Of a stretch of 64,000 bases of DNA, positions 28,163 to 40,878 are shown piece by piece. Made by a program: the position numbers and the translations under genes. Within the stretch, counting starts at the first letter, position 1. The number at the start of each line of letters is the position of its first letter. This stretch comes from Candidatus Enterousia sp. (GTDB taxonomy: Bacteria; Pseudomonadota; Alphaproteobacteria; Rs-D84): assembly GCA_045613785.1 (NCBI GenBank), contig JAZLBQ010000026.1:12697-76696 (forward strand), written 5' to 3'. The notes below the pieces were generated by a model. That model saw only the letters and a list, made by a program, of their open reading frames with translations. It searched no databases and was not told the origin of the DNA.

Positions 28163-28720
28163 ATGAGAAAATTTTTATGTGCCTTATTACTATCTTTATC
28201 CGTGGCAACTGCCAACGCAAAAACAAACCCATTTTTTAATGATTACGACAACCAGTTTGCCGTCAATTTTGGCTGGGGTGTGGACAGTGGTTTTTTAATT
28301 CCTGCACCTGTTCGCTGGGTTCCTTTTGTTATGTTAAACGCCCAGTATTCACAACCTTCAGATTTTTTCCGCCTGCCGGGTCGTATGTCTATCAACATAA
28401 CCCAGACACTTGGTTTTGGCACATCACGTGGCTGGCATTGGGATAAATACACAATTCCGATTGTAACTCTTTCCCAAGATTTCATTTTTGCCCAGACAAC
28501 AAATTGGTATTTCTTTTCTGGTATTTCTGCCGGTTTTCAGATGCAACAAAACGAACGCATTGGCTCTAAATTGTTATTTGGATTCAAACTAGGCACAGGG
28601 TATAAACTAAGTGATTGCACCAACCTAGAATTTTTTGCCCAGCATTATTCCAATGGCAACACCGCCCCAGAAAATCATTCTTATGCGTTTTTCGGAACAG
28701 GTTTAACCTTTAACTTTTAA
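28163..28720 (+). CDS. pagL: lipid A 3-O-deacylase PagL-like outer-membrane beta-barrel
   Basis: Signal peptide MRKFLCALLLSLSVATANA, C-terminal aromatic residue, and the HYSNGN motif matching the catalytic His/Ser region of the PagL family. Confidence 0.5.
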   Translation: MRKFLCALLLSLSVATANAKTNPFFNDYDNQFAVNFGWGVDSGFLIPAPVRWVPFVMLNAQYSQPSDFFRLPGRMSINITQTLGFGTSRGWHWDKYTIPIVTLSQDFIFAQTTNWYFFSGISAGFQMQQNERIGSKLLFGFKLGTGYKLSDCTNLEFFAQHYSNGNTAPENHSYAFFGTGLTFNF

Positions 28721-29383
28721 TCACCAATCAATTGGTGTTTTTCCGACCTTTTCCAGGTATTGATTTGCCTGACTAAAATGCTTACACCCATAAAATCCAC
28801 GATACACCGACAAGGGCGACGGATGAGCACATTTCAACACCAGATTTTTTTCATTATTCACAAAAGCCGCTTTTTTCTGGGCATCACCCCCCCACAACAA
28901 AAAGACAATATTTTCACGTTGCCCAAGAATTTTGATAACAGCATTTGTAAATTCTTCCCAACCACGACCAAAATGCGACCGTGCCTGATGAGCTTGAACA
29001 GTCAACGTCGCATTCAGCAATAAGACCCCTTGATTTGCCCAACTGGTTAAATCGCCATTTGTCTTGGACTTTCGTCCTAAATCAGATTGAATTTCCTTGT
29101 AAATATTTTGCAGACTCGGTGGCACAGGCGTTGGCGACAACACAGAAAAACAAAGCCCATGTGCCTGCCCTGGTTCATGATATGGGTCTTGACCAATGAT
29201 TACAACTTTGACTTTTTCCAATGGGCATAAATTAAAGGCATTAAAAATATTTTGTGGTGCCGGATAAATTGCCTTGCCAGACATATATTCTCCACGCACA
29301 AAATCCGTCAGTTTGATAAAATAATCCTTATCAAATTCGTCCTTTAAAGCATCTTTCCAAGATTGTTCAATTTTTACATTCAT
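28721..29383 (-). CDS. ung: uracil-DNA glycosylase (family 1)
   Basis: 220 aa; VVIIGQDPYH, GVLLLN, AHPSPLS motifs. Confidence 0.9.
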   Translation of the reverse strand: MNVKIEQSWKDALKDEFDKDYFIKLTDFVRGEYMSGKAIYPAPQNIFNAFNLCPLEKVKVVIIGQDPYHEPGQAHGLCFSVLSPTPVPPSLQNIYKEIQSDLGRKSKTNGDLTSWANQGVLLLNATLTVQAHQARSHFGRGWEEFTNAVIKILGQRENIVFLLWGGDAQKKAAFVNNEKNLVLKCAHPSPLSVYRGFYGCKHFSQANQYLEKVGKTPIDW

Positions 29384-30045
29384 AGTTTTATCAATCCTTG
29401 TTGTAAACTACGCCACAAAACGACATCTATATACCCACGTGGCAAACCTGTCTGATTTACTAGATGTGCAAACATATCATCACAAGCATTTTTCACTTCT
29501 GCTGACAAATTACCGTTATCTATTAGCAAAGATTTATTTGCAAACACACACCCCAACCGTTGAATCCAGACATCATATTTCACAACATCTTCACCCAGAT
29601 TTCTTGCCAAATGGTTTGCGGTAATTTTACCGATATGTGGTAATTTTTGCAGATAGTTCAATCGTTCATCTGTTGAATTCAACAAATAATAACCAGAACA
29701 AAAATCGACACGATTTTCCCAAATTTTACAAATCGCATTTATTTTATTTTTATTATTGAACAGATGCATCAGCATTTCGAAATCAGCACCAACTGCATTC
29801 AACACAGTCATAATTTCCAAGTGCTTTTTCTTGGCTGTTTTTTGAGAAAACCCACCTGCCAAAATCACATAGACACAGTGCGACGCAAAATCATCGGGCT
29901 TATATATTTGACGTGCAGATAAATTCTTTAAAATTTCATCAAAAGTTTGTGCATCACTATCCAGTCCCATTTGACGCAACTGTCTGTCCAACGCAAAAAA
30001 CCAATCTTTTGTCCACATAGTCATCACATATAAAAACGATGGCAC
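29380..30045 (-). CDS. HhH-GPD superfamily DNA glycosylase (3-methyladenine glycosylase/MagIII-like)
   Basis: 221 aa; helix-hairpin-helix LPHIGKITANHLARNLG; overlaps ung by 4 nt. Confidence 0.5.
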   Translation of the reverse strand: MPSFLYVMTMWTKDWFFALDRQLRQMGLDSDAQTFDEILKNLSARQIYKPDDFASHCVYVILAGGFSQKTAKKKHLEIMTVLNAVGADFEMLMHLFNNKNKINAICKIWENRVDFCSGYYLLNSTDERLNYLQKLPHIGKITANHLARNLGEDVVKYDVWIQRLGCVFANKSLLIDNGNLSAEVKNACDDMFAHLVNQTGLPRGYIDVVLWRSLQQGLIKL

Positions 30046-30069
30046 AGATTAAACTGTGCCATCATCTAA

Positions 30070-32469
<2,400 letters not shown>

Positions 32470-32546
32470 TTAACATTCCTTTCTTTTTTCTGTGTAAAAC
32501 ATAGCAATTTCTGCTATAATTAGCAAGGAAAAAGGGGATAAATATA

Positions 32547-32837
32547 GTGGTGAATGAAACAGAAAAAATTTTTACAAAATCGGATTATATGACACCACTA
32601 CAAGTGTCCAAGAAATTGAACATTGACGAAGAAACAGCATACAAAGCATTAAAAATAATGTATCTTCGTCGTGCTACAATTGCGGTTCGAACAAAAACAT
32701 CTACTGTTATCCGTCCAATTGTAATCTGTTCAAAATTCTCACGCACTAAAAATGGCGGAATTCTGCCATATCGTCTTCGTTCTGATGCACTATCTGAAAT
32801 CGCCAAATATTTACAAGAACAAAAAAACCAAGGGTAA
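32547..32837 (+). CDS. hypothetical small protein
   Basis: 96 aa, basic, possibly DNA-binding; starts with GTG. Confidence 0.35.
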   Translation: MVNETEKIFTKSDYMTPLQVSKKLNIDEETAYKALKIMYLRRATIAVRTKTSTVIRPIVICSKFSRTKNGGILPYRLRSDALSEIAKYLQEQKNQG

Positions 32838-32842
32838 GTAAT

Positions 32843-33412
32843 ATGAAATTCAAACTGTTATATTTTGGAGACATTTTAATCAATCCTAAAAAGCGTGCAC
32901 AACACATTGCTGACATTCGCATGCAGTTTCATCCACAATTAAAAAAATTGATTGAACACAGTCCTTGGAACAACCTGACCCAGTATATGGTTCCGAACCC
33001 AACCAAAAGCCCAATAACAACGCGTCACGTTGGTGGCATTGATTGGAACCCCATTATTACACCAAATTTAAAATTGATTGCAGAGCTAGACATTCAAATG
33101 CTGCATCCTGAAATCGTAGGTGTTCCACGTTCAGACATTGACAACCGTGTAAAGACAATTATGGACGGTCTTCGTTGTCCACAAAACGAACACGAAATAG
33201 GCTCAAACACGCCACGTGATATTGGTCCTATTTATACACTGCTGGACGACGACCATTTGATTACAAAACTATCCGTCAACACCAGCCACTTGCTTGATTC
33301 AAACATATTTGCAGAACACGAATTAAGCACACCTGATTCTGTATTTATGATGATTGATGTAAATGTCCGTGTTGCCGAAGGCACATTGGAAAATCTGCCA
33401 TTTATGGTATAA
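32843..33412 (+). CDS. hypothetical protein
   Basis: 189 aa; starts 5 nt after the previous ORF; no motif recognised. Confidence 0.4.
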   Translation: MKFKLLYFGDILINPKKRAQHIADIRMQFHPQLKKLIEHSPWNNLTQYMVPNPTKSPITTRHVGGIDWNPIITPNLKLIAELDIQMLHPEIVGVPRSDIDNRVKTIMDGLRCPQNEHEIGSNTPRDIGPIYTLLDDDHLITKLSVNTSHLLDSNIFAEHELSTPDSVFMMIDVNVRVAEGTLENLPFMV

Positions 33413-33432
33413 AGCCAAAAAGCAAATAAAAC

Positions 33433-33515
33433 AAAAAATCCCCTACTTGGGGATTTTTTAATATTAAATAACACATAACAGATAAAAAAAATCCCCCAAA
33501 CGGGGGAATTTATTA
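33433..33515. terminator. two adjacent hairpin terminators (aaaaaatcccctacttggggatttttt ; aaaaaaaatcccccaaacgggggaattt)
   Basis: Sit between convergent 32843..33412(+) and pal(-). Confidence 0.7.
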
Positions 33516-33932
33516 TTTAACCGTTGTTGTAGCATTACGGTTCCACTTCCAGACTTCTTCACCAGAACCCTGAACTAATGGACGTTCTTTACCATATGAG
33601 ATAGTAGAGATACGTTTTGCATCGACACCGTCTTTTACGATAACAGCTTTTGCTGCATTTGCACGACGTGCACCCAATGCCAAGTTGTATTCTGTTGAAC
33701 CACGTTCGTCGCAATTACCTGCGATTTGGATTTTAACATCTTCGTGATTTTTCATATACAAAGCCTGACCCAGCAAGTTATTCTGTGCATCTTCTGAGAT
33801 TTCATAAGAATTAAAACCAAAGAATACACGCTGATCGTTCAAGTCTGCTGGTTCAACGATTTTAGAAGAACCGCCGCACGCTGCCAACAAGCCTGCAACG
33901 CCTGCCAACAAAGCAAAGTTTTTGATTTTCAT
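33513..33932 (-). CDS. pal: peptidoglycan-associated lipoprotein Pal (OmpA-family)
   Basis: 139 aa; lipobox LAAC; OmpA-like motif NLALGARRANAAKAVIV. Confidence 0.85.
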   Translation of the reverse strand: MKIKNFALLAGVAGLLAACGGSSKIVEPADLNDQRVFFGFNSYEISEDAQNNLLGQALYMKNHEDVKIQIAGNCDERGSTEYNLALGARRANAAKAVIVKDGVDAKRISTISYGKERPLVQGSGEEVWKWNRNATTTVK

Positions 33933-34013
33933 GAAAATACTCCCTTGTATTTCTGTTGCTCGTGGTATATTCTACTATAAAAATATTGAATTATCAAGGG
34001 GCAAACAAAAAAA

Positions 34014-34790
34014 ATGTCTTACAGTGAATTGGCTTATCTTGAACTTGCTGGCGTTCGTTGGGAAATCAGCGACACCCCGATTACTGCACCTCGAACACCT
34101 GTTGAAACGACTAATTCTGCCCCTGCCCGTCCAACGGCTGCCACCATTATTGCAGAAATTGGTCGCAGTGCATCGGCTGTTGTTCCACCGATTACTCCGA
34201 CTGCAACAGTATCGATTGAAACTGTCCGTTCAATGGCGGCACGTCCTGGCGATACAGCAACATTGAATCGAATGATTGGTGAATTTAATCACCCATTACG
34301 TCCAACGGCGACAAACACTGTCCTGCCACACATTGGCAATGGCAAACTGATGATTATCACAGACACCCCTGGTCCAGATGATGATTTAAGTGGCAACGTC
34401 TTGTCTGGGACACCTGGTGAATTGATGGATAAAATGCTGGCAGCAATTGGGCAAAGCCGTCAAACAACATCGATAGTTCCGATTGTATTCTGGCGAACAC
34501 CTGGTGGCCGCACACCGACCCAATCAGAACTTGACCTTGCCCGTCCATTTATTGACCGTGCAATAGAATTATTAAAACCAACTGTAATTTTAACACTTGG
34601 GACATTACCTGCCACCCAGATGTGCGGTGTAAACCTTGCCAAATCGCACGGTGTTGCGACAACTCTTGAAAATGGCACAACAATAGTCCCGATTTATCAT
34701 CCAAATTATCTGATATTAAAGCCAGCGGCCAAGCGTGACGTATGGACTGTCCTACAAAATGTTCAAAATATCTTGAAAAGTGCCGAATAA
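34014..34790 (+). CDS. uracil-DNA glycosylase superfamily protein (family 4/5-like, no Fe-S cysteines)
   Basis: 258 aa; Ala/Pro/Thr-rich N-terminal extension, then ITDTPGPDDDLSGNVLSG (GEGPG-like) and IYHPNYLI (HPSPL-like) motifs. Confidence 0.55.
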   Translation: MSYSELAYLELAGVRWEISDTPITAPRTPVETTNSAPARPTAATIIAEIGRSASAVVPPITPTATVSIETVRSMAARPGDTATLNRMIGEFNHPLRPTATNTVLPHIGNGKLMIITDTPGPDDDLSGNVLSGTPGELMDKMLAAIGQSRQTTSIVPIVFWRTPGGRTPTQSELDLARPFIDRAIELLKPTVILTLGTLPATQMCGVNLAKSHGVATTLENGTTIVPIYHPNYLILKPAAKRDVWTVLQNVQNILKSAE

Positions 34791-34828
34791 TAGTTAATAA
34801 TTTGGCATATTTAACAAAGGAGCCTACA

Positions 34829-35377
34829 ATTAAACCTACAATGAACCGTGACAATCGTCGTGACGCAGGTCCACGTATGAACAATCGGATATTTGCAAAA
34901 GCCGTCCAGGTAATTAGTTCAGACGGCCAGAATCTGGGCATTATGCCAACATCTCAGGCCTTACAGATGGCATCTGACGCTGGTCTTGACCTGGTTGAAA
35001 TCAATGCGAACAACGCCACCCCTATTGTAAAGATAATGGATTATGGCAAATTCAAATACGAACAAAAGAAACGTGCGTCTGAGGCTCGCAAGAATCAAAA
35101 AACCATTGAAATGAAAGAAGTTTGGGTAAAACCTTTTATCGAAGAAAACGACCTGAACATCAAATTAAAAAAGGTTTTTGAATTTTTATCATCAGGGAAC
35201 AAGGTTAAAATTGCAGTTATGACCCGTGGTTCCAAGAAAGTTCTAGCCCGTGGCAAAGATGCAGTTCCTGAATTATTTGCCCGCATTTTGGAAATAATTG
35301 GTGACAAGGGAACACTGGAATCAAAATCGAAACCAGACGAACGCACAAAATCAATTATTGTTGCCCCGGCAAAATAA
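34829..35377 (+). CDS. infC: translation initiation factor IF-3, probable AUU start
   Basis: The IF-3 core (LGIMPTSQALQMASDAGLDLVEI..PIVKIMDYGKFKYE) is clear. An ATT at 34829 sits 6 nt after the AGGAG SD; the first in-frame ATG (34841) is 18 nt from the SD. Confidence 0.8.
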   Translation: MKPTMNRDNRRDAGPRMNNRIFAKAVQVISSDGQNLGIMPTSQALQMASDAGLDLVEINANNATPIVKIMDYGKFKYEQKKRASEARKNQKTIEMKEVWVKPFIEENDLNIKLKKVFEFLSSGNKVKIAVMTRGSKKVLARGKDAVPELFARILEIIGDKGTLESKSKPDERTKSIIVAPAK

Positions 35378-35387
35378 AGAATAGATT

Positions 35388-35471
35388 AAAAAAATCCCCG
35401 TTTGGGGATTTATTTTTTCAAGAACAGTTGATTTATCCAATAAAAAAATCCCCACTTGGGGATTTTCATTA
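35388..35471. terminator. two hairpin terminators (aaaaaaatccccgtttggggattt ; aaaaaaatccccacttggggatttt)
   Basis: Sit between infC(+) and the lipoprotein gene(-). Confidence 0.7.
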
Positions 35472-35882
35472 TTTACAATTTCCATACTCACATTCCCGAT
35501 ATGGATTTGGTGCACTAACTGTGGCAGGCCCACCATCTTTTGCAGTTCTAACATTATTAGGATGTGGACAGTCATAAACATTTGCGACCAAAACAAAAGC
35601 ACGTTCTGGGCCAAATATTACCCATTCGTTTGGTTTTGTTCTCTGACTTGTAATCCAGTATGCATTACCTGTTCTTGCCTGGTCAACGATACGATTTTCC
35701 AAATATCTACGTGCATCATCAGCATCATAAACCGAAACTTCTGATTCCAGTTTATACAAGAAAGTGCAACCAATTGGTTCTGCATCTAATTGAACAAGAT
35801 ACTGACTGCCGTTTTCATTTTTTATCATGCCACCGCATGCTGCCAATGCACCAACAATCAACAATGCAAAAATTTTTTTCAT
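35469..35882 (-). CDS. hypothetical lipoprotein
   Basis: 137 aa; lipobox LAAC; C-terminal Cys-rich tail. Confidence 0.5.
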   Translation of the reverse strand: MKKIFALLIVGALAACGGMIKNENGSQYLVQLDAEPIGCTFLYKLESEVSVYDADDARRYLENRIVDQARTGNAYWITSQRTKPNEWVIFGPERAFVLVANVYDCPHPNNVRTAKDGGPATVSAPNPYRECEYGNCK

Positions 35883-35899
35883 AACAGTGCCTTTTTATT

Positions 35900-36841
35900 C
35901 TATTCAGCTTCAATTATATCATAATTGTCAGGATTACTAAATAACTTTTTCAAGACTAAATTATTCAACGCATGGCTGCCTTTATAAGATTCCAATTTTC
36001 CACAAACCATACCACCGCTGGTAAACATATCGCCAACAGCATCAACGATTTTATGTCTAACGAATTCATCAGGCCAAATCAGTTCATTTAATGTCCCATC
36101 CCCTGCATCGTTCAATGCAATAACATTATGTTCACTTGCACCACGTCCCATACCACGTTTTTTCAAATACTCCCATTCAGAATACTTACCAAAAGTTCTT
36201 GCCCGTGCGATATTTTGCACAAAATCTTCCGCCGCCTTTTCCGACCCATCAAAAGAATAAGAAAAAGATTGCTTTCCTATAATTTTTTCTGGATAAACCA
36301 ACGTTGCAACAATATCCAAAGACTTAGCGTCATTTGGGCTCAACTTTACAAATCCATCTGATTTACGTCCTGCGATTGTATTGATAATCCACAGTTTAAA
36401 TCGGCCAAACAATGGCAGTTGACGCAAAACTTCCTGTGCTTTTACAACAACTTCTTTTTTCACAACGACACGTTTTCTAGCACCACCTGTAATACCTGCA
36501 GCACGGAAAGCCTTGATAAATTCTGCAGCACTACCGTCCAGAATTGGTGTTTCTGGTCCATTTATTTCAATAACAGCACTGTCCACACCGACAATAAATA
36601 ACGCTGCCATTAAATGTTCTACTGTCTGAACATGTGCCCCTGACATTTTACCAATAGTGGTATTACGCATTTTTGTTTCACCGACATTATTCCATGTTGC
36701 CGGAATCAATTCAGAATCTTTCAAATCCACCCTACGCCAAAAGATTCCAGGTTTCTCAGATGGCCGAATCAAAACTTCGACTTTATCCCCAGAATGAATA
36801 CCAACCCCCGAAATTTTCAACATATTTTTCAAAGTGCTCAT
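35900..36841 (-). CDS. lpxC: UDP-3-O-acyl-N-acetylglucosamine deacetylase LpxC
   Basis: 313 aa; ...TVEHLMAAL, ARTFG, EFVRHKIVDAVGD, GSHALNN, all LpxC hallmarks. Confidence 0.9.
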   Translation of the reverse strand: MSTLKNMLKISGVGIHSGDKVEVLIRPSEKPGIFWRRVDLKDSELIPATWNNVGETKMRNTTIGKMSGAHVQTVEHLMAALFIVGVDSAVIEINGPETPILDGSAAEFIKAFRAAGITGGARKRVVVKKEVVVKAQEVLRQLPLFGRFKLWIINTIAGRKSDGFVKLSPNDAKSLDIVATLVYPEKIIGKQSFSYSFDGSEKAAEDFVQNIARARTFGKYSEWEYLKKRGMGRGASEHNVIALNDAGDGTLNELIWPDEFVRHKIVDAVGDMFTSGGMVCGKLESYKGSHALNNLVLKKLFSNPDNYDIIEAE

Positions 36842-37740
36842 TTAACTTTCTCCTTTAACCAATCCAAAAACGCATTATCAATAACAGTATCCAAACGTGC
36901 GTATTTAATTTGATCCTGCATTGGTGCAGGCAATCGCACCCAGTCTTTTTCAGTTGTAATCAGTTTTGCGTTTTTCTTATTTGCCAGATTTATCAACTTT
37001 TCCAAATCTTCATTTGTGTATTGATAGTGGTCTGCAAACGAACGAGTTGCTACAACATTTTTCAACGCATTAAAGAACTTTTTTGGATAACCGATTCCAG
37101 CAAAAGCGACCAATTTCACATCATCTGCATATGGCGACACAGTCTGATTTTTTGCATAGAACACGGGCACACCATCTGGCAATTTAAAGTTCTTTTTTGC
37201 TTTTTTATTTTTTATGACAATAATAGCGTCTGCTTTTTTTGCAAATCTTTTTGGCACTCGCAAAGGCCCTGCTGGCAAGATAAACCCATTTCCATATCCC
37301 AACGCCTCATCAAATACGATAATAGAAACATCTTTTTTTATTGTTGGATTTTGCAAACCATCGTCCATAACAATTGGTGTTTTATCATCTTGCTTGTTCA
37401 ACAAGACAATATTAGACCGCCTATCACCGACATGCACAGCCAACCCAGTTCGTGCCAGCATTGCGGCCTCGTCCCCGACATTACCATTTTCTTTACTTTT
37501 CTTATACCCCCTCATAACGACAGGGGCGCCAAAATAGTTTGCAATAGCCCTAACCACAGGTGTTTTTCCGACCCCACCTGCAAAAATATTACCAACACAA
37601 ATAATTGGTCGCTGTGATTTTAACGGTCTAAATGCACGCAACCAAAATACAACACGACTAAAAGCAAAATAAATCCACCCCACCGGCATCAGAACTAACG
37701 CCACAGGATTTTTTTTCAAAAACCACCACGGAGTCTTCAT
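36838..37740 (-). CDS. lpxK: tetraacyldisaccharide 4'-kinase LpxK
   Basis: 300 aa; P-loop VGNIFAGGVGKTPVV. Confidence 0.85.
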   Translation of the reverse strand: MKTPWWFLKKNPVALVLMPVGWIYFAFSRVVFWLRAFRPLKSQRPIICVGNIFAGGVGKTPVVRAIANYFGAPVVMRGYKKSKENGNVGDEAAMLARTGLAVHVGDRRSNIVLLNKQDDKTPIVMDDGLQNPTIKKDVSIIVFDEALGYGNGFILPAGPLRVPKRFAKKADAIIVIKNKKAKKNFKLPDGVPVFYAKNQTVSPYADDVKLVAFAGIGYPKKFFNALKNVVATRSFADHYQYTNEDLEKLINLANKKNAKLITTEKDWVRLPAPMQDQIKYARLDTVIDNAFLDWLKEKVK

Positions 37741-37742
37741 TT

Positions 37743-38540
37743 TTATCCTTTTTTCTTAGCGTTCTTTTTTTCTTGTGCGACTTCTCTTTTTTTACGTTTA
37801 TACTCAGAGGCAGTCAAATCCTGTTCTATTTCAGGCAATCCAAATTCGGCATCCAATTCACGCATCTGTGCCACCATAAAGTTCTCTAAATCCTTTCGAA
37901 TTTTTTCAAACTCTTCGTTTGTTGCCTTACGTGGGACAAATATAGGATTACCTATATTGCATATAATTTTCGAGAACGGCAAACAAACCAAATACTTATC
38001 CCATCTATCCTGAATCCATGCCCGTGAAGTCGAATAGCAAACAGGAATAATTGGTGCCCCTGACATTTTTGCGAAATACAAAGCCCCATCTTGCACACGC
38101 AAGGACGGTCCACCAGGTCCATCTGGCGACATACAAATAGCATGATCTCCACGTGCCAAAATACGCAACCCCTCACGCAGGACAGACACCCCGCCCTTAT
38201 GAGAAGAACCATAAATTGCCCTCAACCCGAACAGATGCTGTAATTTTGCCATCATTCGTCCATCTTTATGGCGACTTGCTACGGCATAAGCCCTCATTCC
38301 GCCCAAACAAATAATCGGGCTAAGCATCATTGACCGCCCATGCCAAAAGACAAAAATTGCTGGTTTTTTACGATATTCATAGAAAGTTTCGATATTAGAA
38401 ACACGTTTTTTTGATGTAAAATACGTAAACCACATTGGGATTGCCAAGCAAACAGCGATAATCCATTGAAAGATTCCCAATCCCAGGATAGGCTCCCAAA
38501 ACTTTTTCCAAACTTTTCTAAACGTTTTATTATGAATCAC
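37743..38540 (-). CDS. lysophospholipid acyltransferase family protein (DUF374-type)
   Basis: 265 aa with an N-terminal TM; a conserved partner upstream of lpxK in alphaproteobacteria. Confidence 0.6.
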   Translation of the reverse strand: MIHNKTFRKVWKKFWEPILGLGIFQWIIAVCLAIPMWFTYFTSKKRVSNIETFYEYRKKPAIFVFWHGRSMMLSPIICLGGMRAYAVASRHKDGRMMAKLQHLFGLRAIYGSSHKGGVSVLREGLRILARGDHAICMSPDGPGGPSLRVQDGALYFAKMSGAPIIPVCYSTSRAWIQDRWDKYLVCLPFSKIICNIGNPIFVPRKATNEEFEKIRKDLENFMVAQMRELDAEFGLPEIEQDLTASEYKRKKREVAQEKKNAKKKG

Positions 38541-38697
38541 AATAAACCCTTACTTTAAATACGACTGTGCAAATCTTAGCAACAAAAATTAGATAATTCA
38601 AGGCACTTAGGAAATTCCGACAAAAAAGCAGGTATAATTTTTTTCATTTGACTTTTCGTATAACAATAAGTATAATAGCATAGCTTTTTTACTTTAT

Positions 38698-38774
<77 letters not shown>

Positions 38775-39064
38775 GAATTCCGCCCCATTTTCACCCTTTT
38801 GCTACCTATTTGCTACCAAGAACAACCATTAAAGATAAACAAAATCATACATTATTAAGAATTGACATCTGATTTGAACATACTAGAATTCAAGCATAAT
38901 CAAAAGAATTCTTATTTTTCTAACAATACCTAACCCAACTTCAAATACACACAGGGGACGGGGGGGGGAGCAAGGTATAAGCCATAAAAAACACAAATCG
39001 GTCTTGAACTAAATAAAATAGAACAAGAATTAAACCAAACATCGTATCTTATTACTATACAATA

Positions 39065-39739
39065 TCAAACATTCTGGCTTATAAACTTCTCATTTACTAT
39101 TTCTTTTGTTTTATGCATCAAATACAATCTCATCAAATGTGAAAATGTTTCCGTTGTCGGTTTTATAATATCCCAAACCAACAATTCTGTATCAAACACA
39201 CCTGTTTTCATCCATTTTTCTTCAAGTTTTTCATAAACATAAATCATACTTTGGCCAACATATTTATAATCAAAACTATAAACCTTTCTTTCTTGTGGGT
39301 TAAGACTAGGAATAGCACTTGCCGCTATTGCCATTCCCATAAATGCAAACTTTGGTTCAAATGTTTGATAATCCCAACACGCTGAAACACCTATTATATT
39401 TCCATACTTATCCCACAACAGCCATGTATAGGTATCCAATGAGTTATTATAAGTCGGAACCAAATGCTTAAAATACCAATCCGTCCTATCCAGACAAATA
39501 TCCTTTAGCAAAGGATAATTTCCAACAAGTTTTTCAACATTGTTAAAATCACCAGCATATTCAAATAATAATGGTCCTGTTTCTCTGTTATAAGAAAACA
39601 TCATAATGGTGCTTATCTCAGAATTAATACCGTTGTCTTTTAAGATTTTATAATTTATCTCAAACCAATCTTTTGAATATTGTGTATAAACTGGCAATTT
39701 TACTTTTTTTTGAAATAACTTTTTAATTATATTTGTCAT
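39065..39739 (-). CDS. hypothetical protein (island cargo)
   Basis: 224 aa, very AT-rich codon usage; no motif recognised. Confidence 0.45.
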   Translation of the reverse strand: MTNIIKKLFQKKVKLPVYTQYSKDWFEINYKILKDNGINSEISTIMMFSYNRETGPLLFEYAGDFNNVEKLVGNYPLLKDICLDRTDWYFKHLVPTYNNSLDTYTWLLWDKYGNIIGVSACWDYQTFEPKFAFMGMAIAASAIPSLNPQERKVYSFDYKYVGQSMIYVYEKLEEKWMKTGVFDTELLVWDIIKPTTETFSHLMRLYLMHKTKEIVNEKFISQNV

Positions 39740-39747
39740 ATTTCCCC

Positions 39748-40410
39748 CTATTCAGACACCACGTTTTCTCTCTTTCTTTCCAATTCTAAAATATCTCTAA
39801 ACTGGTAGGTATATGTAAAAATTTTATCCATATACATATTATCACCAGCCCAATACTTATCAGAAATATACCCCAAATATATTTTATCTTTATAAAACTT
39901 TATTTCTGTCAAAAATAACGTTTTTCTACAAGGCACTAACTCTGTATTAAATACAGGATATGAATTATTAAAAGCATTCATATAACCATACCCCACGATA
40001 GTTTTTGACCCCGTATAAACAGAACCAGCATAATTAGCTTTTTCACAAACATCCGGCACAGATATACTATATACATTAATTTCCCTTCTTACCTTTACAG
40101 GATTTTTGCATTTATAATTATTTATTTCTTTATCATAGTCTCGCTTAGTCATTTTTATACCCGACCTTGCGTAACCAACATTTGTATTAAACGGGTCATT
40201 GGTATAAAATGGATTTTCATCCAATTCTTTAAACCCAGTACTAAATTCTGCACCTTCAAAAACAATGCAAAAATCATCCGATTTTAAATACTGTTCAATT
40301 TTGTGCATATTTTCATAATCATAACCACTACCTTCAAAACACCTATCTACACAAGGTTCCATTACACATCCAAACAACAAAAAAACAGACAATAAAAACG
40401 CCCTATTCAT
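39748..40410 (-). CDS. hypothetical lipoprotein (island cargo)
   Basis: Start at MNRAFLLSVFLLFGCV, a lipobox-like segment; Cys- and Tyr-rich. Confidence 0.45.
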   Translation of the reverse strand: MNRAFLLSVFLLFGCVMEPCVDRCFEGSGYDYENMHKIEQYLKSDDFCIVFEGAEFSTGFKELDENPFYTNDPFNTNVGYARSGIKMTKRDYDKEINNYKCKNPVKVRREINVYSISVPDVCEKANYAGSVYTGSKTIVGYGYMNAFNNSYPVFNTELVPCRKTLFLTEIKFYKDKIYLGYISDKYWAGDNMYMDKIFTYTYQFRDILELERKRENVVSE

Positions 40411-40878
40411 ACCACACCCCTTATAAAAAAATACCGTCAACAAGGGAATATTGACGGTCGGGTGGCTTCAAAACATCAAGTAAATGCCCCGTTGCTTTCA
40501 GAATAATCCTATTATATAACAACGGACACCCGACCACAGGTCAGGCAAAACGGTGCGAACACACCATTTAGAATATGGATAACGATGCAATTCGCACCGT
40601 ACTTGATGGGTTTTGAAGGCCCCGAACCCGCTAGTCCCCTATCGGATTCAATGCTTATGATAACAATAAATACCTATAAATGCAAAACAAAAACCGGCCC
40701 ACCACAACTATTAAATAACCAACAACAAAAGCCCGTATTTTAATACTAACAGACCTTTTAGATTATATTTAAACACAAACAACTTAATTAGCTTGTATTA
40801 AAACATTGACTATTTGTTTTGCTTGTATTAAAATACAATCTATATAAATAGGTTATATTAAAATAAAAGGTAATAAAA

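Noticed and set aside
36910-37617. 235-aa plus ORF
   Set aside because: Antisense to lpxK.
40444-40660. SRP RNA, tmRNA or RNase P RNA in the structured intergenic region
   Set aside because: Conserved cores (GGAAGCAGCC for SRP; the tag ORF plus the tRNA-like end with CCA for tmRNA; the GGTGCGGTAAGAGCGCACC-type P-RNA motif) are absent.
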